DNA of 64,000 nucleotides from assembly GCA_043228905.1 (NCBI GenBank), contig JBHGNT010000001.1, forward strand, positions 5,766,001 through 5,830,000, read 5' to 3'. Of this stretch, positions 23,001 to 35,224 are shown piece after piece. The notes under the pieces were generated by a model. That model saw nothing but the letters and a program-made list of their open reading frames with translations. It was not told where the DNA came from and did not search any database. Position 1 is the stretch's first letter; each line of letters starts with the position of its first letter. Source of the stretch: Azolla caroliniana (lineage: Eukaryota > Plantae > Polypodiophyta). The position numbers and the translations under genes are program-made.

Positions 23001-25256
23001 ACCGGTTACCGAAGCTCCGGAACGGAGATATCCTCTAAGAGAGAGAAGGGCCCCCCGGAGATTTCCGGAACCAGAGCACGTGCTGCTAACCGACGAGGGG
23101 GAGCCGGAGAGCTTTGAAGAAGCAAAGCATGACACCCATAGCCGCAGGTGGTTAAGTGCCATGCAGGAGGAGATGGATTCCCTGCATGAGAACCACACAT
23201 ATGAACTTGTGGAGTTGCCGAAAGGAAAACGGGCACTCCGTAACAAGTGGGTGTTCAAGCTGAAACCGGGAGATGCCGGAAACCCCCCGAGATACAAAGC
23301 CAGGATCGTGGTGAAGGGGTTCCAGCAGAAGAAGGGCGTCGACTTCGACGAGATATTTGCCCCGGTAGTGAAGATGACCTCCATCCGGACGGTGTTGAGC
23401 ATAGCGGCAAGCATGGACCTCGAGGTAGAACAGATGGACGTGAAGACGGCATTCCTTCACGGTGACCTCGAAGAAGAGATCTACATGCAGCAACCGGAAG
23501 GATTCGAGAAGAAAAGGAAGGAGCACCTGGTATGCCGGTTGAAGAAGAACCTTTACGGACTGAAGCAGGCTCCCCGGCAATGGTACCGGAAGTTCGACTC
23601 CTTCATGACCGACGAAGGGTATCTCAAAACGCAGTCCGACCACTGCGTGTTTGTGAAGAAGTTTGAAGGAGGAGACTTTCTAATACTCCTCCTGTACGTG
23701 GACGACATGTTGATCGTCGGACGGGACCAGGTCAAGATACGGATGCTGAAGAAGGCTCTTCACCGAACCTTCTCAATGAAGGACCTGGGTCCGGCGAGGC
23801 AAATACTAGGGATGCACATCATCCGGGACCGGAAGAAGAAGCAGTTGTGGCTGTCACAGGAGAAGTACGTGACGAAGGTGCTTCACCGGTTCAACATGTC
23901 GGAAGCAAGACCGGTCGGATCGACCCTCCCGGCAAACTGCAAGCTGTCCAGCAAGCAAAGTCCCAAGACAAAGGCTGAAAAGGAGGATATGATGAAAGTG
24001 CCGTATACCTCAGCCGTCGGGAGCTTGATGTACGCCATGGTGTGTACGAGACCGGACATAGGATATGCAGTCGGAGTGGTGAGCCGGTACATGAGCAATC
24101 CCGGCAAGGAGCACTGGAACGCGGTCAAATGGATACTCCGATACTTAAAGGGCACTTCGAACATCTGCCTCCGATTCGGCTCCGGTAAGCCCGAACTCGA
24201 TGGATTTACCGATTCGGACATGTCGGCTGATGCGGATACCAGCCGGTCTACATCAGGGTATGTAATGACCTATGCAGGGGGAGCCGTTTCGTGGCAGTCG
24301 AGGCTGCAGAAGACGGTTGCGTTGTCAACCACGGAGGCGGAGTACATGGCAGCTGTTGAAGCCGGCAAGGAAATAATATGGATGAAGGACTTCATTAGAG
24401 AGCTCGGGATCCGGCAGGAGGAGTACCGACTCTACTGCGATAGTCAGAGTGCCATCCACCTTGCAAAGAACGCGGCCTACCATTCCCGGACGAAACACAT
24501 CCAGCGTAGATACCACTGGATCCGGGAAAGGATAGAAGACAAGGAGTTCGTGCTGACGAAGATCCACACGGACGAGAACGGGTCGGATATGCTGACCAAG
24601 GTGCTCACACCCGACAAACTGGAAGCATGCCGGAAGAGGATCGGGTTGGAGAGACATCCCATGCCGAAGTGAAGGGGGAGTTTGTTGGGATTTCGGTCCC
24701 TCCGGATGGGATGTCCGGAGATGAATGACGGCAAGCCCGGTTGCGGTTACGGAGCCGGATGACGAATGTACCCGGAGAGAGATCCGGATGACGGCAAGCC
24801 CGGTTCCGGTTACGGAGCCGGATGATGAAGACCCTGGCTACGGAGCCGGATGCTGAAGACCCCGGTAACGGAGTCGGATGACGAATGTACCCGGAGAGAG
24901 ATCCGGATGCGGGGACATATTTGTGAATATGTTTTGCCAAGAGCCCTTTGAGGCTATATTTGTAAATAGCCCGAAAGTCATATGTGTATAAATATGACTT
25001 AGGGCAAACAGTTTAAATGTTGTTGCTTATTTTTCATGCGAAGTGAGAGCAGCCGAGAGAGAGAAAGAGAGAGAGACGAAGAGGTCGTTGCCTCTGTGTA
25101 TTACCGCCGCCTGTGGCGAAGACAGTGAGCTCAAGGTTGTTGCCTTGTAGCTTCACCATCGTACATCTCTGTTGTCTTCGTGCATATTGTATTTCCCGTT
25201 TTCTGTGAGTTGATCGATCCAGTTCCTCGGTTGTGGCCGAGCACTGTTTTTCAACA
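20008..25256 (+). mobile_element. Young Ty1/Copia element (Tnt1/Tork-like)
   Basis: 574-bp LTRs 20008-20581 and 24683-25256 with about 2 visible differences; TSD TAAAG; PBS TGGTATCAGAGC (tRNA-iMet) 20585-20596; PPT 24671-24680. Confidence 0.97.
20613..24672 (+). pseudogene. pol: Copia gag-PR-INT-RT-RH polyprotein with a frameshift near 22000 and an in-frame stop at 22882
   Basis: CFHCGKPGHFRKNC, WVVDSGAS, LVHTDVC, LYVDDML, TKHIQRRYH. Confidence 0.93.
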
Positions 25257-28200
25257 TAAAGTGTGTAAGAGCATTAACCATACTTCTTTGACTAACTCAA
25301 CTGCATTCTGTTTAATTTTCTGAAATACACATTTACATCTAGCCTTCCACAATACCCAACCTACTAGAGAAGATATCGTAGACCAGACCATATCCTCTTC
25401 CAAACAATAGATTGTTGTAGTATCAGAGACCTCCAATACCTGTCTTCCATCGGAGAGGAGAAGAAAATGACCAAACTCCTTTTCATAGTTCTGAATTTCT
25501 TTAGCTAATCTTCCCCATCTCACAAAACCCCATGTGTACACTTGCCTACCATAAATAGGATATAACATTCTCAACATTCTTTTCCAAACTGCTCTAGCAA
25601 TAGGAGATATCCATAAAACATGGTAAACTGGTTCAATGGGAGAACTACAACTATCACATTTTAACTCCTAGTCGTGTCCCCGATCCATGACTTCACAGGA
25701 ATGCCATAATGTGTCAACAACCATCTAAATAACGCAACGTTTTTAGGAATTTGCATGGCCCATAACCATTTCCAACAAGCATTCATCCGAGAATTTGTCA
25801 CATTACCAAATCTCCAGAATTTACAAGTTGCTGGTGTAACAGTCACACCTCTCCTTAGCATTTCTATACCCATTTTTACCGAATACTGAAAAAATGGGAT
25901 TTGCTTACCTAGCATTCCTTGCGCTAATCTGATTTGCCATTTCCACTCACCAGGATCCCACAAAAGGCGATCAATGGGCTTATTCTCATAGACCCATAAA
26001 TTAGAGAGATTGTTTACATCATTTGGATGTGGATTCAATATCCATTTTTTATCTTTCTTCCACAATATACGAATAGGGAACCTATTCCCTTGAGTTACAA
26101 TTTCATCTTCCACAAAGAGAGAATGAAGTCGTCTAGAAGGCAAAACATCGAAGTAAAGGCATTCATGAGCGTTTTTATAGCCCCTAACCCCCAATAAGAC
26201 ATGTAGGGCTGAAAACATACCATACCAAAACACACTAGTTTGAGAAGGCTGAAAGGAAGATATTGTAAAGACTCAATCCATTTCTGCATACATAATGTCC
26301 CCTCCCCAAATTGTACTACAAACATGGGTTTTGTTTTCCATCACTGAAGAAGAAAAGGTCAGCCAATTCCAAACTGACTTTGTTTCACCTTTATCAAAGT
26401 CAGCCCAATTCAACCTAGTTCTCTTCCCTAACATTACCCCCTCTTCTGATGTAAATAGTGGGTTCAATATGAGGGGTTGACGCAACCATTCCTCCTTACA
26501 TGATGGTAGAGATTGGACTAAGTTATGTTTCAAATCCCACCATGCCTTCATGCTACCCCTAAAAAACTTATCTTGGCGAAAAATATCAATGGAATGGTTA
26601 AAATCTCTTAAAAACCAGCATCTAATACTATCTTTCCAATTGCCACCAGTAGAAGGCATAACTTTAGCCATTCTCTGCCTTAAGATTTTTTTCCAAGGCT
26701 CCCCACCAAGCAACAAACCTCTGATAATAAATTTTCCCAATAAAGCCTTACATTGTAAAAGAGGCTCAATCAATCCAAGACCACCGTCTGTTGGAGTTGT
26801 AATAACTTTCCAAGATACATTGGCTCTCACATAAGAACAATCTTTAGATCCCCAAAGGAAATTTCTAATAAGCTTTTGTACTTGCGATAAAGCCGAACGT
26901 GACACAACCAAGCCAATAAAATGTACCACATGGAAGCCAACAATACTTGATTGGCAACAACAACACTTCCTGTCAATGACAATTTAGCAATATTCCAATA
27001 TAACAATTTCTTCCTTATAGAAAGCAATAGAGGAGCTACATGATCTTCTAGTGAGAGATTAATACCTACCTAACATCCCAAGTATCTTATAGGTTTACCA
27101 TGCGGAATCCATTGAAACCCTTCTTGTGGACACCACAAAGGGTTTATTGTGTTACCTACCCAGAACCCTACCAATTTATTCCAATTTATTCCAATTAATA
27201 ACAATTCTAGAAGCATAGCAAAATGTATCGATAGCCTGTTTCTAGAAAGATTATCGTTAGAACCTTGCAAATACAAGGTTGTATCATCAACAAATTGACA
27301 ATCCACAACTTGTTCCTCTAACCATGGCCATTGTAGCCCTTTTATATTCACAGTATTACTTGTAAGCAAACTACTAAAAGCTTCTCCGATCATCAAATAT
27401 AAAAAAGGAGCCAATGGACATCCCTGACTCACTGACCTCGAAATTGCGAATGCTTGGCCTAACTCTCCATCTACGAATACCCTACTAGTAGCAGAGTTGT
27501 AAAGAGTTGAGACAGTCGTTAAACATTGATTAGGAAAACCCAACTTTTCCATGGTACCCCTCAAAAAAGACCAATCTACTCTATCATAAGCCTTTTCAAA
27601 ATCCAACAACAAGATTGTTAAATCCTCTTGCCTTTCTTGTGAAATTGTAACCGCTTCCCAAAATAAAAAAATGTTATCTAATATACTCCTATCTTGTAAG
27701 AACCCTGTTTGGGTGTTATGAATAATGTCTGATAAAAAAGGTTGCAATCTCATAGCCAACAACTTAGCATATATTTGTAAAATAGTATTCAATATAGTTA
27801 TAGGTCGCCACTTCCTAATATCTGCCACTACCCCTTCCAGCTTAGGAATAGGATAAATCATACCTTCGGTCCACTTACTTGGCATAAATCCAATGTACTT
27901 TTCATAGATCATATGCATGGAAAACCATGCTCTTGAGTCTTAACCCATGGTTTTGTGCATTTTATGTTTTTTGATAGTTTTGTGGTTTACAATTATAAGT
28001 AAAATACCCCTACTGGTATTCATATATGTTTATATAAGCTAGGGTGTGACCCATATATACACATTTCTCTTCCTATATCTATCTATATATAATTGTGTGC
28101 AAATAGTATTTGATAAGCACGATTGTGTACAATCATATTTTATAGGCGACAACTTTTGTTTTCACACCACGTGCCAAAGGCAATACAACATCGCCATGCT

Positions 28201-28599
28201 AATTGAACTCATAGTAGTCCTTATGAGAAGAAGCATAATGTGGAACAATATGTACGCGAGCATGACCATTTGAATAAATGTATGGACAAAGAGAGTCAAG
28301 GAGACTCAAATCTTTAGGACATGCATGAACCACTCTCAACTAAGAACTTGCATTTTATGTTAAAAGCCACTCTCTTGGTTGACATATTAGATAGGAGAAT
28401 TGAGCCTTATGCTTACCACATTTGTTTTGCCTTATTGCTTCCCTAGGTAATATGTGATTATGAAATTGAAATATGTTTAAAAATACGTCCAACGAGCTTG
28501 TTGATTCAGAACTCGAGAATTTCAAAAGTATGTCAAGTTTATGTGATCCTTATCATGTATAGGTAATAATTTAATGAGGAGAAACATCTACAGTTTGGC

Positions 28600-28884
28600 A
28601 TTATTGGTCAAAGCATCAACAAATAACCCTCACCTCTTTAGATTTCTCGCACTATGAATTTTCAAGAATGAAAGGTGACTTGATGCAATTGTCAAATTTC
28701 CCCAATCTACACCAAGATGCATCCAAATGCAAAATCAAATCCTCATCTTCCATGAAGAAGAATTTGTCAAGACTCTAGATTAAAATGGAGCATAATAGTT
28801 CAAACGTAGTGGTTTTCTGTAAATTGACAAATATATTAGCTAACTTGAAGTCCATGAAAATAATTGGTTCCTTTGTGTGTATTG
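28600..28884 (-). pseudogene. Highly decayed chromovirus RT/RNase H relic; continues at 35230-35420 on the other side of the Copia
   Basis: MDPM...VQDVQCFL (about 35300-35365) and a TQ..NQ-like segment resemble 41281-41871. Confidence 0.5.
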
Positions 28885-31800
28885 TGTTGAGAATCAAGCT
28901 CAACTTGTGTTAACATGTGCTTATGAAGAAAAGGACGATGTGTGAAAAAGTGTGTGAACACACTTTATTGTAATCCGTGTAGTTGTTGAGTGTTAGTGTG
29001 GTCAAAGAATATTAGATATTCTTATGACAAAATCGTACTCAAGTGGATATCTTGGTTAGATTCCACCAACACATTTAATAGGGCAATCCCTTGAGGACTT
29101 GTATATAAAACCCCCTTTGGCCATTTAGTTTAGTTGATGATCTTTAGATCATTAATATAGCTCTCTTAAGTGCATAAGTTGTCATCCCCCTACTGTGTGT
29201 TTTCTTATTTTTTTGGTTATTCTCTGTAATTCCTTCTCTTGCTTATACATTCACTCTCTCTCTCTCTCTCACACACACTACGCTTTTGAATACTAAACTC
29301 TACTAGAGTTAGATTCTTTACATGGTATCAGAGCGTGAGGGTTAGAGATCCTTCACTGAGCTCTACCATTGAAACTGTGTGAGCAGCTAGAGACGTTGTT
29401 TTAAAACCTGCTATCATCGCTGCAGTTTTGCACAACAAGAGGCTCACCTTAACAGGATTATACGATTCAAGCTAAATCAGAAAAATGAATGCACAAATGG
29501 GTAGCGCACTTACAACAGAGAAGTTGGACAGGCACAACTACGCATCTTGGGAATATAAAATGCAGTAGTACTTAGTTGGGAAGGGTATTGGAGTTATATC
29601 GAGGGAGCTCAGGAAACAACCCCCGATATTACAAGTCCCAACTACCCCACATGGCAGCAAGGCGCTAGTAGGGTAATGTATTGTTTGGCAACATGTGTGC
29701 AAGATCACATGTTAAGCTATATTCGAGATGCGAAAGCCCCAACAGAAGCGTGGAAAAACTTGAAGAAGATTTTCGCGGCTCCAACCACAGCGAGAAAACT
29801 TCAACTCCGGAAGGAGTTGAACAATATTCGGCAGGGGGATATGTCTGTGACGGACTACACCCTCCGGATCAAAGACTTATGCGATTCACTTGGCTCCATC
29901 AATGTCGTAGTTGATGATGACGAGATGGTGCATATTTGTCTTGGCGGCCTTGCACAAAAATATGGCTCATTTCGAACTGCCATAACAACAAGGGAGAACC
30001 CCCCAAGCATTTTCGACTTGCAATCCATGCTAATGGTTGAGGAGAACCATACACAGTCGACGAGCACAACATCTTATGGGCAGATGCTATATACACATGA
30101 TGATCTCAGTCGAGGTCACGGTCGTGGTCGTGGAAATCGGGGGAGGAATGGCCGACGAAGAGGTGGACGAGGTCCACAACAGTTTAATTCCGAGCAACAA
30201 GAAGGTCGAAACAACCGAGGGAATTCCGATAGAAAGGGGAGTTTCCACCAGCTTGCATCAACTAGGCAGAACCAGCAAACCAAGTGTTGGTATTGTGGAA
30301 AGCCTAGCCACTTTGAAGCCGAGTGTCGGAAGAAGAAGAATGACTCAGCTGCCTCACCCCGACAACAAACAAACTATGTTGTGTTGGCTGACCTAGAAAA
30401 CAAAGTGACGATGTTTGTTATGCGACACCGGGCGAATAACATGATAACAAGTGTTTCCCAACCTGATGATGTATGGTTCGTGGACTCAGGTGCCTCAAAT
30501 CACATGACAAGTCATCAAGAATGGTTCATGAATTTGAGGGAACTCGAGAGACCCGGCGTGGTGGAGACCGGTGATGACTCCACACACATGATTGAGCACA
30601 TTGGAGATGTGGCCCTTAACAATCACAACAACAAGGGCTACATGAAGGATATATTGCATGTCCCGACAATCACAAAGAATTTGGTCTCGGTTGGCCAAAT
30701 TGTTGAACTCAACCAGGAAGGTTGCTTCATCGAGGATAAAGGCCAACTTATCGCTCATGCAAGAAGAGAAGGTCGCATGTTTATTCTTGATGCGACGGAG
30801 ATGAACACAGCAATGTATGCAAAGGGACTCAAGGCCGAGTTTGATATTGAGTTGTGGCACAAAAGGGTTGACCATGTAAACCTCAGTAAACTCCGATCAA
30901 TGCAAACAAAAGGGGTTGTGCACGGATTGCCACAATTTACATCGAAACATCGTGATGATGTATGTGAGGCGTGCCAACTAGGCAAGCAACATAGGCATCC
31001 ATTCCTAAGCGAAAGAAATGTGAGTAAAGGCTTGTTGGACGTCATCCACTTAGATGTATGGGGCTCAGCTCAGACAACGACAATTGGTGGGTGTAGGTAC
31101 TTCGTTACCTTCATTGACGACTATTCGCGGCATACCTGGATATGCCCGATGAAGTCGAAAAGTGAGGTCTTCTCCCACTTTCTCAAGTTAAAGAATTGCG
31201 TGGAAAATGAGACGAATCGCAAGATTTGATGCTTACGGTCTGATGGTGGCCAAGAATACTTCTCAACCGAGTTTAAGGCCTTTCTAGAAGAGAAGGGGAT
31301 TCGCCGGGAATTCTCTTGCCCGTACACACCACAACAAAACGGTGTTGCTGAGTGGAAGAATTGCACAATTCTTGAGATGGCCCGTGCCATGCTGCATGAG
31401 AAGAACAAGCTCAAGATCTATTGGGCAGAGGCAGCAGTTACGGCTGTGTATCTCATCAATAGGTGCACAACCGAGGGTGTCTATGACATCACCCCTCACG
31501 AGAAGTATTTTGGGACAAAGCCAGACCTTTCGCACTTGAAGGTTTTTGGTAGCATTGCATTTGTGCATGTCCCCGATGAGAAGTGGAGAAAGCTTGAACC
31601 AAAATCAGAGAAGATGATCCTCGTTGGTTACTCACTTGAGCAAAAGAGTTACAAGTGTTTTAACCCCATCACTCGACAGTCACGAGTAAGCCGAGATGTG
31701 GTATTTGATGAGGTGACATCATGGTATGGCCCAACATCAGTGACCCCCACCATGCTCGAAACAAGCAGATCTGGAGCAGATTCTTAGAGTGAAGAATAAG

Positions 31801-34800
31801 AGATGCTAATGACCATTATGGGTGGAGAAGCAGCTGAGAGTCTGCCCACACTCCAGCTGACTGGACCTGAGGTGTCATCTAGCAATCAGAGTCTTGCACA
31901 ACATGAAGAAACCTTTGATGTGTTGTCACCTTTGTGCTACACCCATAGAAAGAAAGAAAAGGGCAAGATGCCTGAGCAAGAGGCCAAGGACATGACATCC
32001 AGTGAAGACTCAGATCATTCACCCCGATCAGTCCACAACAAGTATGAAATGAAGAAGGCCCCAGAAATGACCAAAGGAAAACTCCATCAATCGAACCGAC
32101 AAAAGAGCCTGATAGTTAGGTTCGGGTACAATGAGTACATGGCCCACCACTATGCATTCATGATGAAGGTCGCAACAGACCAAGAACTTGAGACTTACAA
32201 AGTGACATGAACTACACACTCCCGATGAACAACGCTCGTCCACAACCAAGTCTAAAATCAAACACAGAAAACGGATAACGAACACACGACACAAAGGAGA
32301 GAAGAGTACACAGGATGTTTAACGTGGAAAACCTTGAGAGGGGGAAAAAACCATGAGAGTCCACAGACTCCAAACTATCACTATATCACAATGGTTACAA
32401 CAGCGAGCTCACGGAGGCAACGACCTCGCGCTCACGATCTTCACCACAGGCGGCGGTTACAACAAAGGCAACGGCCTCTTCCTCTCTCTCTCTCTCTGTA
32501 CACTGTTACGCGCTCTCTAGTCTTGCGCCAACAAGAATAACAACAACAACCTTCTAAATTTGCCCTAAGTCATATTTATACTAATATGACTTTTCGGCTA
32601 TTTACAAATATAGCCCCGATGGACTCTCAGAAAACATATTTACGAATGTCCCTTTATCCGGTGAGCACTTCTCATCGGGCCTTCATCATCCAGCTCTTGC
32701 CAGGTACTCCTCATCCGGTTCTCACCGGGTCTTCCGTAGATGGGTACTCCTCATCCGGTTCTCACCGGGTCTTCCGTAGCCAGATACTCCTCATCCAATT
32801 CTCACCGGGTCTTCCGTAGCCGGGTACTTGTCATCCGGTTCTCACCAGGTCTTCCGTAGCCGGGTATTCCACATTCGGATTCGGCCTCGGCCGAGTTTAC
32901 TCATCAATACTATTCTTCTCACTTCCCATCCGGAGGGACCTGTTTCCTAACACTAAGAAGCTGCCCAAGATCCCCGGTGGATCGAGGCAATGAGGGAGGA
33001 GATGCGCGTGTTGTTTGACAACGATACTTGGGATTTAGTCCCATCCTCTGAAATCAAGAAAAAGCCAATCGGTTGCCGCTGGGTGTTCAAGATAAAGCAT
33101 AATACGGATGGCACGGTCAATCGGTTCAAGGCTCGGCTAGTCGCCAAAGGGTATGCTCAAACCCATGGCATAGACTATGAGGAGACATTTGCCCCGGTGG
33201 CAAAAATGACCATTGTGAGGACAGTAATTGCTCTCGTAGCAGCGAAAGGATGGTGCTTGCATCAAATGGATGTGAAGAACGCATTCCTCCAAGGTGAGCT
33301 CGAGGAGGAAGTTTACATGATGCAACCACCTGGCTTCGAATCAAACAAACATCCACATGTAGTTTGCTGATTGAAGAAGCCACTCTATGGACTGAAGCAA
33401 GCCCCAAGAGCATGGCATTCAAAGATCACATCATATCTTCACGACATTGGCTTCCGGATGTCAAAATCGGATAACTCGTTGTATGTTCAGAAAAATCCCA
33501 AAAGCCCCATCTTCTTAATCTTGTATGTCGATGACCTTGTCATCGGTACAGAAAGCCTCACCGAGACACAAAAGATTAAAAAGCTGCTTTTGCAAAAGTT
33601 CGAGATGAAGGATCTGAATTACTTACATTATTTTCTCGGCATCGAGGTCATTCAAACTCCAGAAGGGTTCCTACTCTCACAACGACACTATGTGTTGAAC
33701 TTGCTCTACAAGTTCGGAATGACCGAGTGTAAGTCCATCTCGACACCCCTTGATCGAAATATGAAGCTAACTGCAGATTTTGGAAAATTCTACGAGCCGA
33801 AACAGTATCGCCAAATAATTGGGAGTCTTATCTACCTAACTATCACCCGACTAGACCTCAGCTATCCGGTCGGGGTTCTTAGCTAGTTCATGGCAAACCC
33901 CCGCGACACTCACATGGATTATGCTAAGCAAGTGTTACGTTATATTAGTGGAACACTTAATTATGGTATCTTCTATAAGCGTGGAGCACCACTTCGACTC
34001 GAAGGCTTCACGGATGCTGATTGGGCAGGCAATGCATCTGATAGGCGATCCACTTCGAGATTTATGTTTTCACTCGGTAGTGGAGCAGCAAGAAACAACC
34101 AACTGTGGCTCTATCCAACACTGAGGCGGAGTATAGAGCCGTTATTGTAGCTACTTGCGAAGCTGTATGGCTTAAAAGACTGTTAAAAGACTTCAACAAA
34201 TTGGTGAATAAACCAATACTGATCCATTGCGATAATCTCAGCAACATCCAGCTTGCAAAGAATCTGGTGTTTCACGCCCGGACTAAGCACATCGAGGTGC
34301 ACTATCATTACATCCGTGAGCGCATATTGGCCGGTAACATTGACCTCCAATACATTGGCACCAACATGCAAGTGGATGATATTTTCACTAAGGCGCTAGG
34401 TCTCGACAAGCTACGACAATTCTCATTGGATTTAGGCCTTAGACCACTCGATATATTGAGCTTGGGGGAGAGTAAAAGTACAAAGATGAAGGAAAACATG
34501 GAGAATCAGCACGATACAAGAGGAAGAGTGAGACCGGCATCAGCAAAGTAAGGCCGGCACATCTAATCGACTTGTCCCGGCAAGTTAGAGGAAGACTTTC
34601 CAAAGCCCGGAATTTTTGAGGCTCGAAATTTTGGATTAGCAAGATCGACATTGCTAGATCAAGATCGAGTACATAGGAACAACGGGAAAACCACAGTCTA
34701 GTAGTCTGACCAACTGCATTTGGGTCTTCAACTACACCAAAACACTCAAGCTTAAGAGGACACACAATTGACCTTGAGGGGGCGTGTTTAGAATCAAGCT

Positions 34801-35224
34801 CAACTTGTGTGAACATGTGCTTATGAAGAAAAGGACGATGTGTGAAAAAGTGTATGAACACACTTTATTGTAATCCGTGTAGTTGTTGAGTGTTAGTGTG
34901 GTCAAAGAATATTAGATATTCTTATGACAAAATCGTACTCAAGTGGATATCTTGGTTAGATTCCACCAACACATTTAATAGGGCAGTCCCTTGAGGACTT
35001 GTATATAAAACCCCCTTTGGCCATTTAGTTTAGTTGATGATCTTTAGATAATTAATATAGCTCTCTTAAGTGCATAAGTTGTCATTCCCCTATTGTGTGT
35101 TTTCTTATTTTTTTGGTTATTCTATGTAATTCCTTCTCTTGCTTATACATTCACTCTCTCTCTCTCTCTCACACACACACTATGCTTCTGAATACTAAAC
35201 TCTACTAGAGTTAGATTCTTTACA
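28885..35224 (+). mobile_element. Ty1/Copia element, degenerate
   Basis: LTRs 28885-29322 and 34785-35224 (about 10 substitutions); TSD TATTG; PBS TGGTATCAGAGC 29323-29334; gag, PR (WFVDSGAS), INT, RT (LYVDDL) and RH fragments with stops. Confidence 0.95.
32223..32952 (-). mobile_element. Solo LTR related to the 20008 Copia family, inserted between INT and RT; contains ~40-bp tandem repeats (32701-32866)
   Basis: Minus strand starts TGTTAGGAAACAGGTCCCTCCGGATGGGA and shares the TATA region with the 20008 LTR; left boundary and TSD unclear. Confidence 0.8.

Larger units (their letters stand above)
19685..27918 (-). mobile_element. 5'-truncated L1-clade LINE (ORF2 RT to C-terminus), split by the Copia at 20008-25256
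   Basis: WRPITILN, LDFEKAYD, QGCPLAP, QFVDD motifs; ...LLHTL|RGQYDAI joins across the Copia; T-rich tail at about 19685-19708. Confidence 0.9.
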
